Source: Myxococcota bacterium (GTDB lineage Bacteria > Myxococcota_A > UBA9160 > SZUA-336). From it: DNA of 64,000 nucleotides. The notes below the pieces were generated by a model that saw only the letters and a program-made list of their open reading frames with translations, did not search any database and was not told where the DNA came from. This document shows, piece after piece, positions 37,727 through 46,208 of this stretch (position 1 is its first letter; each line of letters begins with the position of its first letter). Position numbers and translations under genes: made by a program. The stretch lies in assembly GCA_965247115.1 (NCBI GenBank), contig CBDFGR010000003.1, forward strand, positions 2,400,001 to 2,464,000, read 5' to 3'.

Positions 37727-38100
37727 GCCGACTCCCGCTCGCAGCCCTTGCACTCTGCCTGCTGGGCCTGGCTTGCGGGACGACTCCCGACGCGGAACCC
37801 ACTCCCCTCGATACCTTCACTGCCGACCCGGAGGCCCTCCTGCGCGGCAAGGGCCTCTTCATCGGGATGTGCGGCGGCTACTGTCACGCTCGCAAGCCCG
37901 GCACCCGCCCCGCCCCGGACCTTTTCGACTGCATCTGGAAGCACGGCGGCAGCCCCGACGAGATCTACACGACCATCTCGAACGGCGTCCCAAACACCCA
38001 GATGATGAGCTACGGCGGCCTGCTCCCCGAAGGCGACGACGACATCTGGAAGATCATCGCCTTCCTAAAAACCGACTCCCGCTGCGAAACCGGAACCTAG
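37723..38100 (+). CDS. c-type cytochrome lipoprotein with CxxxCH motif
   Basis: LGLAC lipobox, GKGLF..MCGGYCH, APDL.D..WKHGG, GVPNTQM, IWKIIAFL. Confidence 0.82.
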   Translation: MSRLPLAALALCLLGLACGTTPDAEPTPLDTFTADPEALLRGKGLFIGMCGGYCHARKPGTRPAPDLFDCIWKHGGSPDEIYTTISNGVPNTQMMSYGGLLPEGDDDIWKIIAFLKTDSRCETGT

Positions 38101-38102
38101 GG

Positions 38103-38209
38103 GGGATAACTTGGGGACGGTCCTTAATCATAACTTGTCGCGACCAGTAGCTGCGAACCGCATACGCGAGCTGACAAGTTATGATTAAGGACCGTCCCCA
38201 AGTTATCCC
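38103..38209. repeat. 107-bp REPIN-like hairpin (37-bp perfect inverted arms)
   Basis: GGGATAACTTGGGGACGGTCCTTAATCATAACTTGTC (38103-38139) and its reverse complement (38173-38209). Confidence 0.95.
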
Positions 38210-38255
38210 GTGGTATCACCGAGCGAGCGGCGGGCTTGCTGTGGGAGGAGGCGGC

Positions 38256-38705
38256 ATGGGCATCGAGATCAGCGCGTTGTACGTGCGGCGGAGCAGTCTG
38301 ATCCAGGCGACGCCGGAGCGCGTATGGCAGGAGTTCACGTCGTTCGATCGGCTCGCCGCCTGGTTTGGTCGGGGACATCAGCTCGAGGCTTATGAGCCCG
38401 AGCTGGGGGGGCAGGTCCGGCTCAGCGTGGAGATCGACGGAGCCAAGCGCCCTTTCGGCGGACCGATCCTGAGCTTTGAGCCGGCCCGCGAGCTCACGTT
38501 CTCGAACAACTGGGAAGCGGACGGCTGGCCGGTTCCGACGCTCATCACCCTCCGCCTCACGCCGCTCTACGACGCTTGCCACGGCGAGCTCTTCCACCAC
38601 GGCTTCGAACGCCTCGGCAGCGACGCGGGCGCCGAGCTCCAGGGCTACGAGGCGGGCTGGGACGCCCATCACCTGGAAGCCCTCAAGGCGCTCGTCGAAG
38701 GGTAG
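38256..38705 (+). CDS. SRPBCC / Aha1-like protein
   Basis: IQATPERVW..FT....LAAW, EPARELTF, HHGF, GWDAHHLEALK. RBS GGAGGAGG. Confidence 0.85.
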   Translation: MGIEISALYVRRSSLIQATPERVWQEFTSFDRLAAWFGRGHQLEAYEPELGGQVRLSVEIDGAKRPFGGPILSFEPARELTFSNNWEADGWPVPTLITLRLTPLYDACHGELFHHGFERLGSDAGAELQGYEAGWDAHHLEALKALVEG

Positions 38706-38715
38706 ATACGGAACG

Positions 38716-39618
38716 CTAGCTACCGGGGAGCAGCTCACCCAGGTTCAGGTTCCTGTGTCCGCCGAACTTCTCGAGCAACGGGAAGTCGCGCGGGCGAACG
38801 TCGAGCCGGGCCAGGGGTCGCACGGGCTTCGAGCTCTGGAACTCGAGCGAGTTCAGTCCGATCGGGTCCCGCGCCATCCGATCGAACGACTCCGGCCTCA
38901 GCACGTACACCGATCCGTCGATGAAGATCGACGGATCGGCGCTGAGGAAGTCCTGTCCGATCGAGAACTGGTAGAGCCGCACCTCTCCTCTGGTGGAGGG
39001 CAGCGGGATCACCTCGTTGTGGAAGCTCCCCCGATAGCGGGACCGATCCAGGATCGCGAAGGCCATGGCCCACAGACCGTCGGCGCAGGCGGAGACGGCC
39101 GGCCCGCTCTGCTGCTGGGTCGGTCCGAGCGTCTGGCCGCGCGACTCGAACGCCAGGATGTCTCGCTCGTTCGAGCCGTGAAAGAGCAGCCCCTTCTCCT
39201 CGGAGAGATAGGACAGGAACTGGTGACGTGGGTAGGCGAGCCTGTACTCGATCCGTTCCCCGTTGGCGTCGCGCATGTCCTCGTAGAGCGTCTCGAACGC
39301 AAAGTCGCGCGCGGCGTCATGCGCTCGCGCGGGAGCGAGCGTATAGGTGGGCGGATCCGCGTCCGGGTGCGGCGGGAATGCGAGCGCTTCCCCGAGCCGC
39401 AGCCTTGCTACGCGGCCGGCGGAGTCCCGTTCGAAGTGGATCCGCGCGCCGGCCAGCGGTCCGGTCTCGATGCAAAACGCGTCCTCACCGTCGCTGGTGA
39501 GCGTCCCGTCGAGCCACTGCGGTGCGCCAGGGAACCGAAACACGAGCCCGACGTCGCGCTCGTCGATCTGGAGCCCTGGAGCGCCGTACTCCCCGTAGCG
39601 GCCCACGTAGTCAGACAT
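38716..39618 (-). CDS. hypothetical protein
   Basis: Fills the gap downstream of the acyl-CoA dehydrogenase-like gene. LFHGSN and WAMAFAILDR motifs. Confidence 0.65.
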   Translation of the reverse strand: MSDYVGRYGEYGAPGLQIDERDVGLVFRFPGAPQWLDGTLTSDGEDAFCIETGPLAGARIHFERDSAGRVARLRLGEALAFPPHPDADPPTYTLAPARAHDAARDFAFETLYEDMRDANGERIEYRLAYPRHQFLSYLSEEKGLLFHGSNERDILAFESRGQTLGPTQQQSGPAVSACADGLWAMAFAILDRSRYRGSFHNEVIPLPSTRGEVRLYQFSIGQDFLSADPSIFIDGSVYVLRPESFDRMARDPIGLNSLEFQSSKPVRPLARLDVRPRDFPLLEKFGGHRNLNLGELLPGS

Positions 39619-39657
39619 GCCCCACCCCCCGCGGGCGCGGAGCATAGCACCTCGGCC

Positions 39658-40845
39658 TCAGAGGATCGGCGACTGAGAGTCCAGACCCAGGAGCACGCGC
39701 CCGCCGGCCTCGATCCACTGAGGCGACACCATGAGTTGTTGGGGCACCACCCGCACGTTGCGCATGTAGCGCTCGAGCGGACTGCTCAGGAAGTTTGCGG
39801 ACGCGCCCGCCGCGCTGTGGACCAGGTTGACGGCGCGGATCGAAGCAGCCGCCGCGTTCGAGCACGCGAGCTGCAGCAGCGCCCGCTGCTTCTGGCTCAC
39901 TTGTCCACTCGCCAGCGCGATCTCCCAGATCTCTGCCACGCTCTCGAACACCCAGGCGCGCGCAGAGCGCAGCTGGATCTCCGCCTCTGCGACCGCGAGC
40001 TGAGCGGTGGCGCGTTCCCGCAGCAGGTTCCGAGAGGCACGCGGTGTCTTGGCAGACGCGAGCTCTACGAAGTGGTCGACAGCCGCGCGAGCGATCCCGG
40101 TCGACACCCCGACCTTGTTGTAGGCGAGCCGGCTGAAGACCGGCAAGCGGAAGAGCGGCCCGCTCGCGAGGAGCCCGCGCGAGCCCAGCGCTGTGGTCAT
40201 GCGCTCTGGCACGAACACGTCCTGCACACGCACGTCGTGGCTGCCCGAGCCCCGCAGGCCTGCGACATGCCAGGTATCGAGCACCTCGAAATACCGCGCA
40301 GGGACCAGCACTTCGCGCAGAACTACCTGCCCGTGCTCGTTGCGGGCGTTCTGGTCCCCGTCCTGGATAATGCATGCACCCCAGAAGTACTGGGCGTTCT
40401 GACAGCCGCTGGCAAAGGGCCACTGCCCCGTCACCCGGAAGCCCCCGTCGACCGGGATGGCCTTGCCCAGCGGGTTCAGGGCTGCCGCGATGACCAGCGC
40501 GGGATCCGCAAAGACCTCCTTCGCGACCTCGGTGGACAGAGCCGCGCCGACGAAGCCGACAGCCTCGATGCCGATCATCAGGTTCCAGCCGGTCGCGCCG
40601 TCGGCTTCGGAGACCGCCTCGATCACCCGGATCTGCGTGAACGGATCGGTCTCCAGACCGCCCACCTCGCGTGGCGCCGCGACCCGATACAGCTCGGCAG
40701 CCGTCATGGCGTCGACCACGGGCTTCGGCAGCCTGCGCTCTCGCTCCGCCTGGTCCGCGTGCTCCCGTATCAGAGGCGTCAGGGCCCGCGCCCGGGCCAG
40801 GACATCGTCGGCGGGCGCAAACGGGGATTCGCTTGTGGCAGGCAC
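39658..40845 (-). CDS. acyl-CoA dehydrogenase family / flavin-dependent monooxygenase (HsaA-like)
   Basis: GGFRVTGQWPFASGC, DTWHVAGLRGSGSHD, LERYMRN. Start uncertain. Confidence 0.87.
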   Translation of the reverse strand: MPATSESPFAPADDVLARARALTPLIREHADQAERERRLPKPVVDAMTAAELYRVAAPREVGGLETDPFTQIRVIEAVSEADGATGWNLMIGIEAVGFVGAALSTEVAKEVFADPALVIAAALNPLGKAIPVDGGFRVTGQWPFASGCQNAQYFWGACIIQDGDQNARNEHGQVVLREVLVPARYFEVLDTWHVAGLRGSGSHDVRVQDVFVPERMTTALGSRGLLASGPLFRLPVFSRLAYNKVGVSTGIARAAVDHFVELASAKTPRASRNLLRERATAQLAVAEAEIQLRSARAWVFESVAEIWEIALASGQVSQKQRALLQLACSNAAAASIRAVNLVHSAAGASANFLSSPLERYMRNVRVVPQQLMVSPQWIEAGGRVLLGLDSQSPIL

Positions 40846-40897
40846 CGGGAGAGTATAAACGGAATGCGCGACCTGCCGCGGATGGGGAAGGGACTCG

Positions 40898-41890
40898 ATG
40901 AAAGTGCTGGTAGCCGGGGGAGCGGGATACATCGGGAGCCACTGCGTCCGTCAGCTGATCTCTCACGGGCACGAGCCAGTCGTCGTGGACAACCTGGCGT
41001 ACGGCCATCGAGCGACCGTCCCTTCCGGCGTGCCGTACTACGAAGCGAGCCTCGGCGATCGCGAGCGCGTGTCTGCAATCCTGAACGACGAGGCGATCGA
41101 GGCCGTCATGCACTTCGCGGCCTTCTGCTACACGGGCGAGTCGGTTCGGGAGCCACTCTTGTACTACGAGAACAACGTGGTGGAGACGGTGCGACTGCTG
41201 AGCGCCATGCTCGAGCGTGGCGTGCACAGGTTCGTCTTCTCCTCCAGCTGCGCGACGTACGGCGAGCCGGAGACCATGCCGATCACGGAAGATGCGCCAC
41301 AACGTCCCATCAACCCCTACGGGCAGACCAAGCTCGACGTCGAGAACTTGCTGCGCAGTCTGGCGCGCGCGCACGGCCTGGCCTCGGCCTCGTTCCGCTA
41401 CTTCAACGCCGCGGGCGCGGCCGAGGACGGCAGCATCGGGGAGGACCACGATCCCGAAACGCATCTGATTCCCCTTGCAATCGCGGCGGCCTGCAAGAGG
41501 GGCCCCGAGCTCTCCATCTTCGGCAGCGACTACGACACACCGGACGGCACCTGCTTGCGCGACTACACGCACGTCGACGATCTGTGTCGAGCCCACGTCC
41601 GGGTGCTCTCCGAGCTCGACCACGAAGGAAGCTGCCTCTTCTACAACCTGGGCACGGGACGGCCCAGCTCCGTGCGCGAGGTCATCGAGTCGGTCGCGAG
41701 AGTCACGAGCAAGCAGGTCCCCACGCGGGAGGCGGCGCGCCGCCCAGGCGACCCCCCCATCCTGTACGCCGATCCCGCAAAAGCCCAGCGCGAGCTCAGC
41801 TGGCAGCTCCGCTATCCAGAGCTGGACACCATCGTAGAAACCGCATGGCGCTGGCACCGCGATCACCCCGAAGGCTACGCCTCGGGCTGA
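40898..41890 (+). CDS. galE: UDP-glucose 4-epimerase
   Basis: GGAGYIGSH, HFAA, FSSSCATYG, YGQTK, RYFNAAG, ETHLIP, DGTCLRDY. Confidence 0.93.
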   Translation: MKVLVAGGAGYIGSHCVRQLISHGHEPVVVDNLAYGHRATVPSGVPYYEASLGDRERVSAILNDEAIEAVMHFAAFCYTGESVREPLLYYENNVVETVRLLSAMLERGVHRFVFSSSCATYGEPETMPITEDAPQRPINPYGQTKLDVENLLRSLARAHGLASASFRYFNAAGAAEDGSIGEDHDPETHLIPLAIAAACKRGPELSIFGSDYDTPDGTCLRDYTHVDDLCRAHVRVLSELDHEGSCLFYNLGTGRPSSVREVIESVARVTSKQVPTREAARRPGDPPILYADPAKAQRELSWQLRYPELDTIVETAWRWHRDHPEGYASG

Positions 41891-41950
41891 TCCCCACAAA
41901 CCCGACGACCCTCCGCCTGCGCGCGCGGCAACAATGCGTCTCGACTAACC

Positions 41951-41972
41951 CAACTCTCCCCGGGGAGAGTTG
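41951..41972. repeat. palindrome CAACTCTCCCCGGGGAGAGTTG upstream of HNH copy 2
   Basis: 22-bp perfect palindrome. Confidence 0.95.
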
Positions 41973-42019
41973 AATGGAAGAACGGCTCTCCGTGCGGAAC
42001 GGTGTCCGGCGCCCAATCG

Positions 42020-42072
42020 TTGACACCGAACTGCGTTATGCTATGTTTTGGTCTTCATCCCACTCGGTCCCG
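42020..42072 (+). promoter_or_regulatory. sigma70-like promoter + conserved leader of HNH copy 2
   Basis: TTGACA-16 bp-(TG)cTATGTT, then TTGGTCTTCATCCCACTCGGTCCCG. Confidence 0.7.
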
Positions 42073-42083
42073 TCGAGAGGTTG

Positions 42084-43073
42084 ATGACCATGCTCGCGAC
42101 TCTTGCGAACTCGGAGCTACTCCGAGCACTTCGCCAGCTCGTGGCCAAGGACCGGGTCGTCGAGGCGGACATTCTCACTCATCTGGGCGAGGTCGACGCG
42201 CGTCGGCTCTACCTCGCCGAGGGCTGTCCCTCCATGTTCCGCTTCTGTACAGACGTCCTTCACTTCTCGGAGGCTACGGCCTTTCACCGGATCCGCGCAG
42301 CCAGGGTCGGTCGCGCGTATCCGATCGTGCTGGAGCGGGTCCGCCGAGGAGAGATCCACCTGGCTGGAATCACGCTGCTCGCACCTCATCTCACTCCGGA
42401 GAATCAAACGCAGCTGCTGGACTTGGCGAGGCACAAGAGCAAACGGGCGATCGAGGAGCTTTTGGCCGCTCGGGCTCCGAGGCCCGAGGTCAGAGCGCTT
42501 GTGCGGAAACTACCGGAGACGAGGACTCGTCGATTTCCGAACTCGCCGGGTCGACCCGCGCAGGTGGCTTCCGCAGCCCGCACGAAGACCCCCGCGCCAG
42601 AGCCGCTGGGGGAGAGACGGTTCAAGATCCAGTTCACGGCAAGCCAGGCGCTGTACGAGAAGCTCCGCGACGTGCAGGCGCTGCTGCGGCATCAGATTCC
42701 GAACGGAGAGCTTGCGGAGGTCTTCGATCGGGCACTCACTCTGCTGCGGGACGATGCACGGCGAAAGAAGTTCGCGGAGACCTCGAGGCCGCAACGGCAG
42801 TCTGCGATGCCAGTCAAGAAGAGAGGCGCGACGCGACACATTCCGGCTGAGATCAAGAGGGCCGTGGCCTCCAGGGATGGCGGACGGTGCGGTTTCGTGA
42901 GTCGGAATGGGCGCCGCTGCGATTCAGTCGACTTCGTCGAGTACCACCACATCAGCCGTTGGTCGGGGTCCAGGTGTCACTCGGTGGCGGGGATCGAGCT
43001 GCGGTGTCGCCCCCACAACCAGTACGCGGAGCACCAGCGTCAGCCAGCTCTCCCCGGGGAGAGCTGGAGCTAG
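42084..43073 (+). CDS. DUF222-like/HNH endonuclease family protein (copy 2)
   Basis: Colinear with copy 1 (EVDARRLYL..G.PSMF, FSEATAFHRI, RHIPAEIKRAV, RDGGRC, EYHH, LRCRPHNQY). Start 42084 or 42090. Confidence 0.88.
   Translation: MTMLATLANSELLRALRQLVAKDRVVEADILTHLGEVDARRLYLAEGCPSMFRFCTDVLHFSEATAFHRIRAARVGRAYPIVLERVRRGEIHLAGITLLAPHLTPENQTQLLDLARHKSKRAIEELLAARAPRPEVRALVRKLPETRTRRFPNSPGRPAQVASAARTKTPAPEPLGERRFKIQFTASQALYEKLRDVQALLRHQIPNGELAEVFDRALTLLRDDARRKKFAETSRPQRQSAMPVKKRGATRHIPAEIKRAVASRDGGRCGFVSRNGRRCDSVDFVEYHHISRWSGSRCHSVAGIELRCRPHNQYAEHQRQPALPGESWS
43044..43067. repeat. palindrome CCAGCTCTCCCCGGGGAGAGCTGG at 3' end of HNH copy 2
   Basis: 24-bp perfect palindrome inside the last codons. 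Confidence 0.95.
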
Positions 43074-43906
43074 CGGGAGTCGGAGCCCAGGGCTACTCGG
43101 CGGACGCCTTTGGTGTCGGTGGGTTGGTGGCCGACCTGGTGGGATGGGGCCGGGCGTTCTGCGACGTTGTTGCGGAGGCGGCCCAGGCCGGTGACTTCGA
43201 CGTCGACGGTGTCGCCGAGCTTCATGGGGCGGGAGTTGGCGGGGGTGCCGGTGAGGATGATGTCGCCTGGGAGGAGGGTGATGTGGCGGCAGAGGTCAGC
43301 CAGCTGGTAGTCGATGCCGAAGACCATCTCCGAGACCGGGGCCTCCTGGACGATCTCGCCGTTGATGTAGGTGCGGACGGTCGAGGCGCGCACGTCGACC
43401 CCGCGCACGATGCCGGGACCGATGGGGCAGAAGCCGTCCATGCCCTTTACGCGGAGCATGGAGCCGGCGTCGGTGTCACGGTAGTCGTGACAGCCCACAT
43501 CGTTCGCAGGGGCGAAGCCGGCCAGGTAGGACCAGGTGTCCTCGCGGGCGACGTTGCGCATGGGCTTGCCAACGATGGCGGCGATCTCGCCCTCGTAGTT
43601 CAGGTACTGGCAGTCCACCGGACGGAACAGCGTTCCGCGATGCGCGTTCAGCGCGCTGAGCGGCTTCTGGAAGTACGTCGGGGTGAGGAGCTCGGGCGCA
43701 CGGAACTCGACCCGCCGCGACTCGTAGTTCAGGTGGATGCAGAGGATCTTCGTCGGCTGGCAGGGTGGAAGGTAGATGGCCTCCGACTCCTCGACCTCGC
43801 GCCCATCTGCGAGCACCAGCCGGTCTGCGTCGACGCTCACCCACTCCTCGCTCCCACCGTAGAGAATACGGCGCTGCTCCTCGCGTGGTCCTTCCAGTAC
43901 GTTCAC
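43070..43906 (-). CDS. fumarylacetoacetate hydrolase family protein
   Basis: PTKILCI, FQKP, NYEGEIA, ANDV, KGMDGFCPIGP, PGDIILTGTP. Confidence 0.92.
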   Translation of the reverse strand: MNVLEGPREEQRRILYGGSEEWVSVDADRLVLADGREVEESEAIYLPPCQPTKILCIHLNYESRRVEFRAPELLTPTYFQKPLSALNAHRGTLFRPVDCQYLNYEGEIAAIVGKPMRNVAREDTWSYLAGFAPANDVGCHDYRDTDAGSMLRVKGMDGFCPIGPGIVRGVDVRASTVRTYINGEIVQEAPVSEMVFGIDYQLADLCRHITLLPGDIILTGTPANSRPMKLGDTVDVEVTGLGRLRNNVAERPAPSHQVGHQPTDTKGVRRVALGSDSR

Positions 43907-43942
43907 GATGTCCTCCTGGCTCGCCAGCTCGTCTCGCCCAGC

Positions 43943-45385
43943 TCAGCTCACCTTCTCGTTCAAGAACCGGTCCACGAGCCTCTGCGCGCGCTCCTTGCGC
44001 GAGATCACGTGCGCGAGCGAGAGGTTCCTGCCCCGGGACGCCAGGTAGAAGCGCTCGTACTGCTCGTTGCGACTCCCCAGTGCGGACGCTGCAAAGTCCC
44101 AGCCCAGGCGAAACACGCGGATGCGTTCCTCGGCATCCACGTCGCCCGCCCCCGACAGGTACGTATCGATCAACGGCCGCAGCTCGGGGTCGGCGAGCTG
44201 GCTCGTGGTCGGCGTTGCGAGCAGGTTGTGCGAGCCGAGCAGCCGGATGATCTCGTTCACCCGAGGGAACCACATGGGAAGCGTCGTGCGCAGCGCGGCC
44301 GTGGGCGCACCGGCCGGGAACCAGACCCCGTTTCCCCACTCGTGCGCCTCCGCCTCGGCGGCCAGCACCGCTGCACGCGTCAGCTCGGCGTAGCTCCAGA
44401 TCTCACCCAGCATCTCGATCGTGGCGGGTTTGCTGTCGCCGATCACCTGGGCCATGCGCGTAGCCAGCCCCCAGGCGAACTCGAGCTTGGTCTGAGCGCG
44501 GATCATGGTCTGCTGCGTGACGTTCGGATACCAGCCCGTGCTCATCACGGAGTTGTAGAGCTCCAGCCGACCGTCGATGAAGACCCGCTCGCGCGGAACC
44601 TCGACGTTGTCGAAGATCACGAACGCGTCCTGCTCGTCGAAGCGGCTCGACAGCGGAGCGTCGAACACGTTCCCTGGTCGCGAGTAGCTCTCCCGACACA
44701 GGAGCTTTAGCCCGGGAGTTGCGATCGGGATCGAGAACGAGAGCGCATACGCCTCCGCGTTCTCGGGCAGCGGCACGGCCGGGTAGACCGCGATCTCGTC
44801 CGCGAACGGTGCCAGCGTCGCGAGGATCCGCGCGCCGCGGACCACGATGCCGCGCTCCGTCTCCCCCACCTTGTGCAGCGCGACCTCACCGCCGCCTGCC
44901 TCGGTGTCCGGCAGACTCTTGTCGATCGTGGGGTGGATGATCGTGTGCGTGAGCGACAGGTCCTTGCGCCTGAGCTCCTTCTGAAACTCGACCAGGTGGG
45001 CGGCGCCCTCCTCGTTGCCAAACGCGCCCCACTCGTCGTTGCGCCCCGCGAAGCCGGCATACGTCACGTTCATGTAGTCCGGCGTCCGGCCCATCAGACC
45101 CACGCTGTACTCCGCGGTCCGCTCCAGGGCGGCGTGGCGGCGCACCAGGTCCTCGCGCGAGCGCGGGATCATGTGACTCACGTTGATCTTCTCGCCCGTT
45201 TCGGGATCGGGCAGCAGGAGCACCTCTGCCTCCTCGTGCTGCAGATCGAAGAGCCCCGCCAGCGCGTTCGCCGCCCCAGCCAGCGAGGGGTGCGCGGTTA
45301 CGTCGGTGACGCGCTCGTTCTCCAGCCAGACTTCCCGAGAGTCCAGCAATCCCTTCAGAAATTCGTCACCAGTGCGTGCCGGCAT
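43943..45385 (-). CDS. 4-hydroxyphenylacetate 3-hydroxylase family oxygenase component
   Basis: RTGDEFLKGL, MGRTPDY, GIVVRGARILAT, PLSSRFDEQDA, GSRNEQYERFY. Confidence 0.9.
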   Translation of the reverse strand: MPARTGDEFLKGLLDSREVWLENERVTDVTAHPSLAGAANALAGLFDLQHEEAEVLLLPDPETGEKINVSHMIPRSREDLVRRHAALERTAEYSVGLMGRTPDYMNVTYAGFAGRNDEWGAFGNEEGAAHLVEFQKELRRKDLSLTHTIIHPTIDKSLPDTEAGGGEVALHKVGETERGIVVRGARILATLAPFADEIAVYPAVPLPENAEAYALSFSIPIATPGLKLLCRESYSRPGNVFDAPLSSRFDEQDAFVIFDNVEVPRERVFIDGRLELYNSVMSTGWYPNVTQQTMIRAQTKLEFAWGLATRMAQVIGDSKPATIEMLGEIWSYAELTRAAVLAAEAEAHEWGNGVWFPAGAPTAALRTTLPMWFPRVNEIIRLLGSHNLLATPTTSQLADPELRPLIDTYLSGAGDVDAEERIRVFRLGWDFAASALGSRNEQYERFYLASRGRNLSLAHVISRKERAQRLVDRFLNEKVS

Positions 45386-45657
45386 GCACTCCCTCGGGTT
45401 CAGGGATCCAGTCGGTAGAGTCGGAAGAGGTCATTGCGCTCCCGCGCGACGTCTTCGCGCTCCCGCGCGACGTTCTCGCCATCCAGCTCGGGGCTACTCA
45501 TGCGATCTTCGCTGCCACCAGCCCATTCTACCGTAGCTCTGACGACTCCTGAGGCTCCAGCCCCTTGGGGGCTGACCGATACGCTCGATGAGGCTCGTGA
45601 GGGACCTCAGCCAGGGGCCGATGTCCGGCCCGGGACGCAGCTAACTCGAGGGTTCGC

Positions 45658-46137
45658 ATGCCAACGAAGGAATGTCCGCACTGCGGCGCCATCCTCTCGC
45701 ATGACGAGATCATCTGCAGCTGCGGCTTCAACTTTCCTCTTGCTGGCAGCGCGGGACGCGGCGCGAAGGCGGCGCGCGACGTGGCCGCGCGGATTACCGG
45801 CACTCGACACGCGCCCCGGGGAAAGAAGTCCAAGAAGCCCCCGCGCAAGGTCAGCGCAAAGGTCATCGAGCCCGGCACTCCACCCCGGGGCACGCCACAC
45901 CCAGTTACGCCACCGCGCGGCACGTCACTTCCAGGCATACGATCGCGCGGTTCGTCACAGCCGGGCGGTAAGCTCATCGATTGTCCCACCTGTCTGGCGA
46001 AGATCTCCAAGCGCGCCGAGCGCTGCCCCAAGTGTGGCAAGACGCCCTTCGACGAGTGTCAGATATGCGGCTCGAAGATCCGCATCCACAGCTCGGTGTG
46101 TCCTGGCTGCGGCGACCCCGATCCGTTCAACCCCTGA
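45658..46137 (+). CDS. multi zinc-ribbon protein
   Basis: CPHCG..CSCG N-terminus, basic/Pro linker, CPTC/CPKC/CQIC/CPGC at the C-terminus. Confidence 0.7.
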   Translation: MPTKECPHCGAILSHDEIICSCGFNFPLAGSAGRGAKAARDVAARITGTRHAPRGKKSKKPPRKVSAKVIEPGTPPRGTPHPVTPPRGTSLPGIRSRGSSQPGGKLIDCPTCLAKISKRAERCPKCGKTPFDECQICGSKIRIHSSVCPGCGDPDPFNP

Positions 46138-46208
46138 GCGACGGGCTACACCGACGACGTCTGGCGGCGTAGAATCGACCGCGCAATGACGCGCTCGAAA
46201 GGGGTGAC

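Noticed and set aside
38476..41973. 1165-aa ORF and other long overlapping ORFs (39611-41899, 35268-37121, 32948-34720, 42887-44710)
   Set aside because: Antisense or alternate-frame shadows of recognisable genes in high-GC DNA, Arg/Pro/Ala-rich with no motifs.
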